In this document: positions 25,725 through 37,444 of the stretch, one piece after another | How the letters are laid out: each line of letters begins with the position of its first letter | How positions within the stretch are numbered: the first letter of the stretch is position 1 | Notes under the pieces: generated by a model | Seen by the model: only the letters and a program-made list of their open reading frames with translations | The model's database searches: none | Told to the model about the DNA's origin: nothing | Program-made: the position numbers and the translations under genes | Assembly: GCF_004010195.1 (NCBI RefSeq) | Contig: NC_057719.1 | Span: 4,619,464 to 4,680,163, forward strand | Direction: 5' to 3' | Source of the DNA: Chiloscyllium plagiosum | Taxonomy: Eukaryota | DNA: 60,700 nt

Positions 25725-26695
25725 GAGGAACCTCGATTATCAGAACGAGATGGGGAGGGGGGGGGGGCACTAATTAGATTAGATTACATTACGTTACAGT
25801 GTGGAAACAGGCCCTTCGGCCCAACAAGTCCACACCGACCCGCCGAAGCGCAACCCACCCATACCCCCTACATTTACCTCTTACCTAACACTACGGGCAA
25901 TTTAGCATGGTCAATTCACCTGACCTGCACATCTTTGGACAGTGGGAGGAAACCGGAGCACCTGGAGGAAACCCACGCAGACACGGGGAGAACGTGCAAA
26001 CTCCACACAGTCAATCGCCTGAGGTGGGAATTGAATCCGGGTCTCTGGTGCTGTGAGGCAGCAGTGCTAACCACCGTGCCGCCCACTAATCTGTTCGGAT
26101 AATTGATTATTCGGTTAATCAATTAAATGTCTTTCCTCTGGGGCTTGGAATTTTCTATTAAGTCCACTCCCTATTCAGGAGACTAGGCAACAGCAACTGC
26201 GTGCAAGCCCCTGCACCCCCCATCCAACACTGCCTCCTGCCCACCCCCCAACCCAGTCCAACACCTCACACCTGCCCGCTCACTCTCCACCCCACCCCCT
26301 CGTCCCTCTCCTGGGCAGCCAGACTGGACACCAACAACAAGACTGCTGCTGTTGCCTTTGTGGGTTAGGTCTCCAAATAGCACATGCACACAGTCACAGA
26401 CACACAACATTTTACTGCAACCTTTTGACAGGTTCCACCTCTGCCATGTAGGACAATGTTGGAGAGATTATCTGGGGAAGGGGGGGTATTTAGGGTACAC
26501 CCCTCTGTAGAATTCCAGGGAAAGTGTGGGGAGAGAGAGAGGGCGGGAGGTCAGTCATTTGGAGACAGTGCCTATTTAATCATTGTAAACAAAAGACGCG
26601 ATCAGTGTTGGAAACACGTCTTTGATGTAATGTTTCTATCGGGACCTCGAGATCTCCTTCGGATAATTGATATTTGGATAATTGAGGTTCCTCTG
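25725..26695. mobile_element. Non-autonomous DNA transposon / MITE (pogo-Tigger-like TIR) containing a SINE
   Basis: TIRs GAGGAACCTCGATTATC (25725-25741) and GATAATTGAGGTTCCTC (26677-26693); subterminal TTCGGATAATTGA repeats. Confidence 0.7.
25774..26086 (-). mobile_element. HE1-type SINE
   Basis: Full head to (TAATC)n tail; flanked by CACTAAT on both sides. Confidence 0.92.
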
Positions 26696-27034
26696 AATAT
26701 ACAAGATGAACAGTCATTTGGTAGAACAGTATTTGAGAATTGCTGATAATGGGTCTTATTAAATCTTTTCCTCTTGCACTCATCAGGACAATTCACGAGA
26801 ATACCACTTCAATGGGAAAACAACATTTATATTGCATGAGAAGTCGGCAAATGGACTCTGATTTGCACTGTATATAGTGCAAACTCATGAAAAGTCCGAA
26901 AGCTGTCTTGGTCCTGAAAAGTACCACAGATTATCCTGGAAACATAATGATCTCAAGTATTTGGCAACAGGTCAAGCTGTTTCACAAAGCCAGTATGAAG
27001 TAGCAATGTGAGTAGTGGTCACGACTAACAGATC

Positions 27035-29830
27035 ATTGATATAGGAGCAGAATTAGGCCAGGTCTGCTCCACACTAAATCATGACTGTTGGTTTTCAACT
27101 CCATTCTTTTGCCTCCTCCCCATTACAGATTCACCACCCTCTGGCTGAAGAAATTCCTCCTCATCTCCATTCTTAAGGACCATCGCTTCACTCCGAGACT
27201 GTGGCCTCAGGTCTTGATCTATCCTATTAGTGGGGACTTCTTCTCCATGTCCACTCTATTCAGACCTCTCGGTATTCTGTACATTTCAATCAGAACCCCT
27301 CCTCATCCTCCTAAACTCCTCCAAGTGCAGACCCAGAATCCTTAACCGTTCCTCCTATAACAAGCTCTTCATCTCCAGGATCATTCTGGTAAACCTCCTC
27401 TGGACCCTCTCCAAGGCCAGCGCATCCTTCCTTAAATATGGGGCCCAAACCTGTTAACAATGTTCCAAATGCGGTTTGACCAGAGCCTTATATAGTGTCA
27501 GCAGTACATTTCTGCTCTTGTATTCTAGCCCTTTCGAAATGACTACCAGCATTGCATTTCTCTTTCTAACTGCCAAATGAACCTGCAGGTTAACTTCAAG
27601 TGAATCCTGATCTTGGGCTCCCAATCCCTTTGTGCTTCAGATTTCCGAAGCCTTTCCCTCTTTAGAAAATAGTCCATCCCCCATTCTTCCTATTAAAGGG
27701 CATAACGTCACATTTTCCCACATCGTCTTTATTTGCCACTTTTTTTCCCACTTCCCTAGCTGTCCAAGTTCTTTTGCAGCCTCCACACTTTCTCAAAACT
27801 ACCTGTCCTTCCACTGATCTTTGTGTCATTAGCAAACTTAGCAACAGTACCTTTAATTCCTTTGTCCACATTGTTAATGTATAATTTGAATAGTTGATGG
27901 TCCCAACACTGACCCCTGCAGGATTCCACTAGTCACTGTCTGCCATGCTGAAAAATACTTCTTTATCCTTACTCTCTGCCTTCTGCCAATCAGCCAATCT
28001 TCTACCCATGCCAGTGCTTTGCCCCTAAAACAACGCACTTTCATCTTAATTAGCAGCCTCCTGTGTTGCAGTTTGTATTAGGCCTTCTGGAAATCCAAAC
28101 AGATCATGTTCACTGGCTTTCCTATGTCTAACTTGCTTATTACCTCGTTAAAGATTTCTAATAGATTTGTCAGGCATGACCTCCTCTTGATGAAACCATG
28201 CTGACTCAGACCTTTATTACCATGCACTTCCAAGTACTCTGTAACCTGGTCCTTAACAATTGATTGTAAAACCTTTGTAGCCCTCTGTGATCCTCCCTGA
28301 CTCCAGTTATTTTTGACAGATCCCCAGCAACTCCTCCATAATTTGCTCACCTATTTCCTTCAAAACACTGATGTGCAGTCCCTCCCGTCTGGGTGATTTG
28401 TCCACCTTCAGACAACACAACTTCATCAGCACCTTCTCCTTAGTGATGGGCATGACACTCACCTCTGCCTCCTGACTCTCTTGAAGTTTTGGTATGCCTC
28501 TGTGTCTTCCACCATTAAGATTGATGCAAAGTGCCTATTCAGTTTCTCCACCATTTCTTTGCTCCCTATTACTACTTCTCCAGCCTCATTTTCCAGCAGT
28601 TCAATGTCCACTCTTGCCTCTCTCTTACCTTGTGTATTTTTCATCTTCTCCCTTTTTATTGTTGTTTTAGTTGGGGTCTGTTGGTTTTGAAGGGGTTTCC
28701 AATCATCTGGCTTTCCACTTACCTTCACCACATTGCTTTTTATTTTGCTTTTACGGTCGTCAGCTATGGTTGCCTTGACCTCCCCTTAGTATGTTTCTTC
28801 TTCCTTGGGATGAATTTCTGCTGTGCCTCCCGAATTACCTGCAGAAATTTTTGCCATTCCTGCTCCATCATCTTTCCTGCTTTCAATCAATTCTGACTAG
28901 CTCTTCCACCATGTTTTCATGGTTACAGATGAGTCTGATGAAATGTCACTGGACTCAAAACATTAACTGCTGTCCCACAGATGGTGCCAGACTTGCTGAG
29001 TTTTGCCCGCAATTTCTGTTTGTTTCAGATCTCCAACATCTGCAGTTCTTTGTTTTATCTCTGTAAACTGCTTGTATTCCTCTCACAACCGGCCTTTCCA
29101 TATGTTTCAGTTTCATTTCCAAAAGTGGCTATAATACATTTGCTTCCTTCCTCCAAGTCATTAATAAAATATATTCTAAAAGGTTGCGGTCCCAGCACCA
29201 ATCCCTGTGGAACCCCAGACACAAGTCACCTACATGAAAAAAAATGCCTTATCCCATCTTGATGCTTCTTGCCAATGAGGCAATTCTCTACCCATGTCAA
29301 CATACTACCTTCAACACCATGGGCTCTTGTTTTATGACTTAACCTTTTATGAAGTACCTTGTCAAACATCTGCTGGAAGTCCAAATACAACATATTTACT
29401 GGTTCACCTCTATCCACTCTGGTTAAGATGTCCTTAAAAAAAACTGTAACAAGTTAGTCAGACATGATTTCCCTTTCATGAAGCCATGCTGACTCTGCTT
29501 AATTAGGTTATGATTTTCCAAATGTTATGCTGTTATTTTCTTAATAATTGATTGCAATACTTCTCCAACAATATATGTCAAGCTAATCAGCTTGCAGTTA
29601 CCTGTTTTTTTTTTAACCTGTTTTCCATTCCTTTTTGAAGAGGAGGGTCACATTGATAGTTTTCCAATCCTATTATCATTTATTATATTCCTCTCTAGTT
29701 TGCCCTCATAATTTATTTTCTCTCTCTTTATTATCTTGTTCGTCCACCTTTGTTAGATTCTGGGTTAGTCCCACTCTTCGGGGCTAATGTCTTTAGTTAG
29801 CCATAGTTTGTCCATCCCTCCCTTATAATG
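27035..29830 (-). mobile_element. Old CR1 fragments (approx. 27035-28910 and 29060-29830)
   Basis: SQHGFIKRRSCLTNLLE, LDFQKA, LNRHFASILM, YLDFQQMFDKV. Confidence 0.8.
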
Positions 29831-30727
29831 CAAAAACAACTTATTTATAAAGAACAAACTCATTCTTTAAATATTTGGCAAAATAACCTTAAACACACGT
29901 GCACACACACACACATTCATACATGGACAGGACAAAATGGCACATGCAGAGAATTGTGGGTCTGCAAAAATTAGAGTAAATTCAGAAACAAAGCTGTTCT
30001 GAGGAAGGTCATTCGACCTGAAACATTAATTCTGATTTCTCTCCACAGGTGCTGCCAGATCTGCTGAGCTTTTCCAGCAATTTCTGCTTTCATAGAGCCA
30101 TCACTCAGTCTAGCTCTGCCATTGTACAGCCATGATGAAGGGCTTTTGCCCGAAACATTGATTTTCCTGTTCCTTGGATGCTGCCTGACTTGACCTGCTG
30201 TGCTTTTCCAGCACCACTCACATTGTACATAATGTCACATAAGCATGTCCATCTCACTATCACATGCATGAAATGCACTGATGGGGTGGGGGTGCGAGGC
30301 TGCATTCAACATTTGGCAAGTCCCTGCATGCTTAAGATGTAATCATGCACAAATTCCCACTGCTATTAATTCTTTTTTTTCCTCATTAAAGGACAACCTT
30401 TGCACAACAGGAATGAGATATCTTTCTGATCTCCAAATCCTCATCATATTCAAACTCAATGCAAACCTTTGGCAGTGAGGGGCAAGACTGATCTAGACTG
30501 GAGTGAAAGATCAGAAGTCATTCCAACTTCTGTTTGCTGCAGTGCTTCTGGCATGTGAGCTTCCATGGAAAGAGTGGCAAGCGCCTTGGAGACCCATGCC
30601 CTGCAGAATGCTCAGTAGATATTGAATCTACTTGATCCTTCACTCCAATTTGAAGACCTCTACCATTCCTACTGACATTCCTCTGCAGGTTGAACATGTA
30701 AGTTATAACTGAGTGCATAGGCACAAA

Positions 30728-31037
30728 GTGGGCGGCAAGGTGGCACAGTGGTTAGCACTGCTGCCTCACAGCTCCAGAGACCTGGGTTCAATTCCCGCCT
30801 CAGGCGACTGACTGTGTGGAGTTTGCACATTCTCCCCGTGTCTGGGTGGGTTTCCTCCGGGTGCTCCGGTTTCCTCCCACAGTCCAAAGACGTGCAGGTC
30901 AGGTGAATTAGCCATGCTAAATTGCCCGTCGTGTTAGGTAAAGGATAAATGTAGGGGGTATGGGTGGGTTGCGCTTCGGCGGGGCGGTGTGGACTTGTTG
31001 GGCCGAAGTAATCTAATCTAATATAAGTAATCTAATC
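30728..31037 (+). mobile_element. HE1-type SINE with short 3' deletion and doubled tail
   Basis: Head GTGGGCGGCAAGGTGG, B-box GGTTCAATTCC, (TAATC)n twice. Confidence 0.92.
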
Positions 31038-31981
31038 TTTTGTATGAGTCTGAACAGGTATCTGGTCTTCATAGTCCTTTGATTATTGGAGACTTTAGCA
31101 CCAGTGATGTTTTCAGTCAGATTAACAGATGGCAAGCTGGTGTTCTTCTCTGTCCAATCCCTTCTACGGGCTGACAGTCACCTGCAAAATGCCTAGCAGA
31201 CTGGCAAGGGAATATGGAAATTGAATGTGAAACTGTTGATCCCAAAACAAATGAGGAGCTCAGAAGGGATTATACATGTTGGGAGAACCATTAAATTCCT
31301 CTCTGAGTCTCCAGTGGACTGGTGGGGAATAGTAAAAGCAGCAGTGGAGGCCTGTGGGTCAAAGCTTCCTGGGACGTCGATGAAGTTGCCATTTTCTGCT
31401 TGGATCTGCTGTCAGTGTGATTCATGAGGATCTACAACCAGTTTGAAATGGCATTGGAAGTCAAGGTAAATCAAGGCAGGAGTGAGTTTTTTGGGAACTG
31501 GTCCAACCGATTCTTTATCCCCTTCACTATCAGATCAGATTCTCTGAAGATGCTGGGTATATGGTTCAGTGGAGCTGAGGCGTGATCCAAAATTTGAGAG
31601 GAGTGTATTGCCAAGGTGAGATAGAAACTGGGCAATAAGAGCACTGCTCCCTCTCCATTGCAGTAAAAACTGGTATACAGATGTGAGGTACTCTTGATGT
31701 TGTTGTATGTGGTGCAGATCATAACAGTTATACAGCATGGAAACAGACCTTCAGTCCAACTTGTCTGTGCCAATGAGGTATCCTAAACTGATCTAGTCCC
31801 ATTTACCAGCATTTAGCCCATATCCCTCTAAACTCTTCCTATTCATATAACCATCCAGATTCTTTTTAAATGCCCCCATCACCTCCCATGGTAGCTCACT
31901 CCATACACACACCACCCTGGCCATTCAGTCAAGCCAGCTTCCATTTCATCTGGAGATCGAAGATAGACTATTTCACACTAT

Positions 31982-32134
31982 GAACTTCGATTATCCAAAG
32001 AACACGGGCGTAGAGTATTTTGTTTGGTCAATCAAATTCCGAATAATCAAATGCCTGATAACATAAATTAGACAAGCATTGCCAGATACTCTGATATTCG
32101 GACAATTGAATGCTGGATAATCGCGGTTCCTCTG
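31982..32134. mobile_element. Short MITE of the same TIR family as 25725-26695
   Basis: GAACTTCGATTATCCA ... TGGATAATCGCGGTTCCTCTG followed by TA. Confidence 0.65.
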
Positions 32135-32149
32135 TATATAGCTATGGAT

Positions 32150-32900
32150 AAGCGGGGGTCTGAATGTGCCCGATGCTGCCCTCATCCTGATGGCCACCTT
32201 TGCAAGTAGTTGCATCAAGCTGAGCACAGACCCTCAGTATGCAAACACCAAGTGTCACTATGTACTAAATTCTAGCTGTCCCAACACTTTTGATCACGAG
32301 TCAATCACTCAGTGATCAGCATGTAGTGTCCTTGAGCCCCAACGGGAAAAGGGGATTGTTGTTATTGTCAGATGGTTTTCTGAGCAAACTACCAAAGTTA
32401 TTTTCTAGAAGGCCTCATCGCCAGAACTCTCCAAGAAGCACCAAGATGAAGGTTGGCTGGTGGTGAGGAAAGTACTATCTGTGAGATCTTCCATGTACGC
32501 CCAAATTCACCACCACACATGGTCCTCAAAGCAGCTGTGTGCGTGGTAGTATTGAGAAGAAACAGTCAAACATCTCCTTCTGGAATGTGCCTTTGCAAAG
32601 AAGATCTGGAGAGAGATACAGTGGTTTTTGTTAAAGTTTGTCCCAAACAGCTCCAGGACTCTTGTGCTGAATGCTCTGTTCCCTGAGATGCATACCTGGA
32701 CAAACATTGACTCCACCTGGAAGACCATCGACTCAGTGAAAGAAGCTCTTTGCTCTGCCAGAAAATTGTCTGTCTTCCAGTGCAAAGACATCAATCGGGT
32801 AGTGCAAAGTGACACAGTCCAAGATCCAGGACTACGTGCTCAGGGATGCACAAAGTCTTGGGGCAGCTGCCGCCTATTATTATATACTGCATGAGTAAGA
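32150..32900 (+). mobile_element. Tx1/L1-group LINE ORF2 C-terminal (zf-RVT) relic
   Basis: ASSPELSKKHQDEGWLVVR; ETVKHLLLECAFAKKIWREIQWFL; WKTIDSVKEALCSARKLSVFQ. Confidence 0.7.
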
Positions 32901-32947
32901 CATGCCTTTGGTTTTTGCAACTGCAGGGAATATCAAATTCCAGTGTT

Positions 32948-35900
32948 TAGAACATAGAACAGTACAGCACAGTACAGGCCCTTTGGCCCTCGATGTTGTG
33001 CCGAGCATTTATCTTAATCTAAGACCAACCTAACCCACACACCCCTCAACTTACTGTCGCCCACGTGCTTGTCAAGCAGACGCTTATATGTCCCTAATGT
33101 CTCTGCCTCTACTACCAACACTGGTAGTGCATTCCACGCACCCATCATTCTCTGCATAAAAAACATACCTCTGACATTTCCCCATACCTCCCTCCAACCA
33201 GCTTTAAATTATGACACCTTGTGACAGCCATCTCTGCTCTGGGGTAAAATCTCTGGCTACCTACTCTACCTATGCCTCTCATTACCTTGTACACCTCTGC
33301 TCATTATAGGAAGGATGTAGAGAGGGTGCAGAGCAGATTTACCAGGATGCTGTCTGGATTGTCTTAAGAAGAGAGTTTGAGTGACTGAGAGCTTTTCAAC
33401 TGGAGAGAAGAAGGAAGAGAGGTGATTTGATAGAGGTGTACAAATGTAGTCTAACCAGGGTTTTATAGAGTTGCAGCAAAACCTCACAGCTCTTAAACTC
33501 AATCCCCCTAAAACACCATATGCCTTTTTAACAACTTTATCAACTTGGGTGGCAACTTTGAGAGATCTATGTATGTGGACCCCAAGATCCCGCTGTTCCT
33601 CCACACTGCCAAGAATTCCGTCTTTAACCCTGGTGTCAGCATTCAAATTTGACCTTCCAAAATGAATCACTTCGCATTTATCCAGTTTGAACTCCAGCTG
33701 CCACTCCTCAGCCGAGCTCTGCATCCTGTCAATGTCTTGTTGTAGCCAGCAACAGCCCTCGACACCTATCTACACCACCACCGACCTTTGTGTCATCGGC
33801 AAACTTACTAACCCCCCTCCACTTCTTCATTCAAGTCATTGATAAAAACTACAAGGAGCAGAGGCCCAAGAACAGGTCCCTGTGGGACATCACTGGTCAC
33901 CGACCTCCAGGCAGAGTATTTTCCATGCAGTGCAACTTGCTGTATTTTTTCGGCCAGCCAATTCTATATCCTTACAGCCAAATTTCTCTGTTTCCCATAC
34001 CTCCTAATTTACTGAATGAGCCTATCGTAGGGAACCTTATCAAATGCCTTATTGAAATTATACAAACCACATCCATTGCTTGAGCTTTGGCAACTTGCCT
34101 CATCACATCCTCAAAGAACTCAATAAGGCTTGTGAGGCATGACTTGCCCTCACAAAGCCATGCTGACTATCTAAATCTATGTTTTTCCAAGTAGTCTTAA
34201 ATCCTATGTCTCAGAACCATTTCCAATAGCTTGCTTACCACAGACATAGGACTGACTGGTCTGTAATTCCCAGGGATTTCCCTATTCCTTTGCTTAAGCA
34301 TAAGAATAATATTTGCCTCCCTCCAATCATCCAGTACTACTGTCACGGAGAGTGAGGATGCAAAGATCAGTGCCAGAGGCGCAGCAATCTCACTTCCCGT
34401 AGTAACCTTGGATATATCTGATCGGATCCTGGGGACTTATCTATCTTGATGCTTCCCAGAATTTCTAGCACATCCACTTGCTTAATATCAATCTGTTGAA
34501 ACCTATTAACCTGATCCACGGTGTTCTCACTATCAATAAGATCCCTCTCTCTAGTGAATACTGAAGCAAAAAACTCATTTAGAGCCTGCTCTAACTCTTC
34601 AGACACCAAGCACAAGTTCCCTCCACTATCCCTGATCGTCCCTACCCTCTCTCTTATTCCTCATGTAAGTGTAGAACACCTTTGGGTTTTCCCTAATCCA
34701 TCCCGCCAAGGCTTTTTCATGCCTCCTCCTAGCTCTCCTCAGTCCATTTTTGAGTTCTTTCCTAGCTATTCTGTAATCCTCTAAAGCTGTGCCAGATCCT
34801 TTTTTTCCTCAACCTTCAGTAAGCTTCCTTCTTCCTCTTGACGAGAGGTTCCTCTTCTCTGGTTATCCAAGACTCCTTCACTTTACCATTCCTTGCCTGT
34901 CTCAATCGGACAAAGTTATCCAACACTCGCAACAAGTGTTCCTTAAACAGCCTCCACATTTCTGTTGTGCATTTCCTGTAGAACAATTGTTCCTAATTTA
35001 CACTCCACAGCTCCTGTCTCATAACAGTATAATTTCCCCTCCCCCATACAATCTGTTCCTATCCCTCTCCGTGGCTATGGTAAAGTTGAAGCAGTTGAAG
35101 TCACTATCACCGAGAGATCTGATACCTAGCCTGGCTCGTTGCCTAGCACTAAATCTAATATGACCTCCCACCAGTTGTTCTCTCGACATATTGAGTCAGG
35201 AATTCTTGCTGGACACACCTCACAAAATCGGCTCCATCTGCACTAAGGAGGTTCCAATCAATATTGGGGAAGTTGAAGTCACCCATAACAACAACTCTGT
35301 TACATCTGCACCTTTTCAGGATCTACTGTTTATAGAAAACACCCAATAAAGTGAGTGCTCTTTTCCTGTTACTGACTTCCACCCATACTAACCCAGTAGA
35401 CAAACTCTCCTCAACAACTTCCTTTTCTGCAGCTGTGATGCACTCTCTAATTAACAATAATACTTCCCCTCCTCTTTGTTCTTTTTAAAAGATCTAAACC
35501 CTGGAACATAGAGCAACCAATCCTGCCTTTGTGAAATCCACGTAACCAATATGGCCACACCATTGTAATTCCAAGTACTGATCCATACTCTAAGTTCATC
35601 ATACTTACTCCTGACACAACTTGCATTGAAACAGTCATACTTTAACCCTTTGCCCTATCAACAGTGTATCCTTCCTGACAGACTCTCTGCATTCTATTTC
35701 TGCCCATTCAACATACACCTTCACCTTTGATCAGTAGCTCTGGTTCCCATCCCCTGCCAAAGTGCTGTAGCAAATCTCCCACCAAGGACACTGGCGCCCT
35801 CCAGTTTAAATGCAACCCATCCTTCATGTACTGGTGCCACCTTTTCCAGATGTTACCTCAATGATCTACGTATCTGAAAATCTTACTCCTGTGCCAGTCC

Positions 35901-36025
35901 TGTAGCCATGTGTTTAGCTGCACTCGCTCCCTACTCCTCGCCTTACTTGCACGTGGCACCAGTAGTAATCCTGAGATTACTACTCTGCTCATCCTGCTAT
36001 TTAGCTTCCAACCTAACTTCCTTGA
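32948..36025 (-). mobile_element. Long CR1 copy with ORF1, endonuclease and RT remnants, deletions and an internal inversion
   Basis: ORF1 end at 35750-36025, VVVMGDFNFP, LNEFFASVFT, KSPGSDQIYPRLL, (TTCTATG)n-type tail. Confidence 0.88.
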
Positions 36026-36129
36026 TATGCAAAGACTGTGCAGAACTGCTTTAGTACCTGTGTATGTACATGAAGAATTTTTATGAATAAAGGATATTTA
36101 TGCAATTAAAAAAATTTGCGGACTCTTAG

Positions 36130-36890
36130 AACCTACACACAGGAGTAGGTCACTCAGGCCTTCAAGCCTCCTCCACCACCATTCAATATGACCATGGTTG
36201 ATCATCCAATTCAGTACTCTGATCCCGCTTTCTCCCCATACCCTTTGATTCCTTTAGCCCAAGACCTTTATCCAACTCCTTGTTGGAAACTTTCTGTGCC
36301 AGATAATTCCACAATGTCACTACTCCCTGGATGAAGAAATTTCTCCTTATCTCTGTCCTCAATAGTCTAACTTGTACCCTTAGAATGTGACCCCTAGTTT
36401 TGGATTCCCTGATTATTGGAAATATCCCTCCTGCATTTGCAATGTATATTCCTGTTAGTCTTTTTTAGATTTCTATTAGATCCCCCTATACATTCCTGAT
36501 CATAAGCAATCCAATCTCTCTTCATACGTCAGTCCTGACATCCTAGGAATCAGTCTGGCACTCCTTCCACAGCCAGAACATCCTTTCTCAGAGATGGGGA
36601 TCAAAACCACCCAGAATACCCCAGGTGTGGTCTCACAAAGGCCTGTTCAAATGCAGCAAGAAATCCCTGCTCCTGTACTCAAATCCTCTCACTTTGAAGG
36701 CCAACATACCATTTTCCTTCCTTACTGCCTGCTGTACCTGACAATCAGGTCTTATTGCAACTCCCTCTTTTTCACTCTCTTGCTATACAGATAACAAAAC
36801 TCTCTTCCTGTTTTTGCTACCAAAGTGGATAATCTCACACTTATCCACATTATAATTCATCTGCTATTCATTTTCCCACTCAACTTGTCA
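36130..36890 (-). mobile_element. Old CR1 3' fragment
   Basis: Similar to other CR1 3' ends (RPHLGYSG.F, GHILRV, NFFIQGVV). Confidence 0.7.
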
Positions 36891-37084
36891 TTTTGTCTTT
36901 ATATCTCTACCTCAGGGTGCTTCATTGATGTAAATTAATGTAACCCATTTTCTCTGTTCTAATATTTTATGTGGTCTAATTTTCCTCCCGCACGCTTACA
37001 TGGTTGTCTGAAGTGAAAGCAGTGTACTACCCTCCAACCGTACACTACCGTCGCCTCAGGAAACCTGTAATTGTTCAGATGAAA

Positions 37085-37443
37085 GATCATTAGCCTCAAT
37101 ATGTTAACATCTATCCTGGGACAGGCTAAGCAAAGACATGCCACAGAATTCTTAGAGGCCTGGCACTCCAACCACAACGCCATAAACAAGCACATAGATC
37201 TGGATGCCATCTGTCAACCCCTCAGAAAACGAACAGGAAATGACATCACCACAAACCCCAGGAACCCCATCCAGGAGAAAGATGCGAAATGGCAGGAGAC
37301 AACAGCTTCGCTTCACTTGGAGGTCGCCACTGATGATGTTACCTAGCCAGGTAATGAAACGTCTGGATATCAAACCTACGGCTCAGCGAGCAAACCTACA
37401 CCCTAAACCTCAACCAGAGCTATAAACCTTCACAAACCTTGCA
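37085..37443 (+). mobile_element. Penelope-like element 3' end with minimal hammerhead ribozyme
   Basis: ILGQAKQRHATEFLEAWHSNHNAINKHIDLD (post-GIY-YIG C-terminus), then the CTGATGA..GAAAC core at 37330-37360. Confidence 0.8.
37326..37366 (+). ncRNA. Minimal type-I hammerhead ribozyme motif
   Basis: cca-CTGATGA-t-GTTACCT-agcc-AGGTAAT-GAAA-C-GTC-tgg: core boxes, stem II, GUC cleavage triplet, short stem I cca/tgg. Confidence 0.7.
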
Positions 37444-37444
37444 A

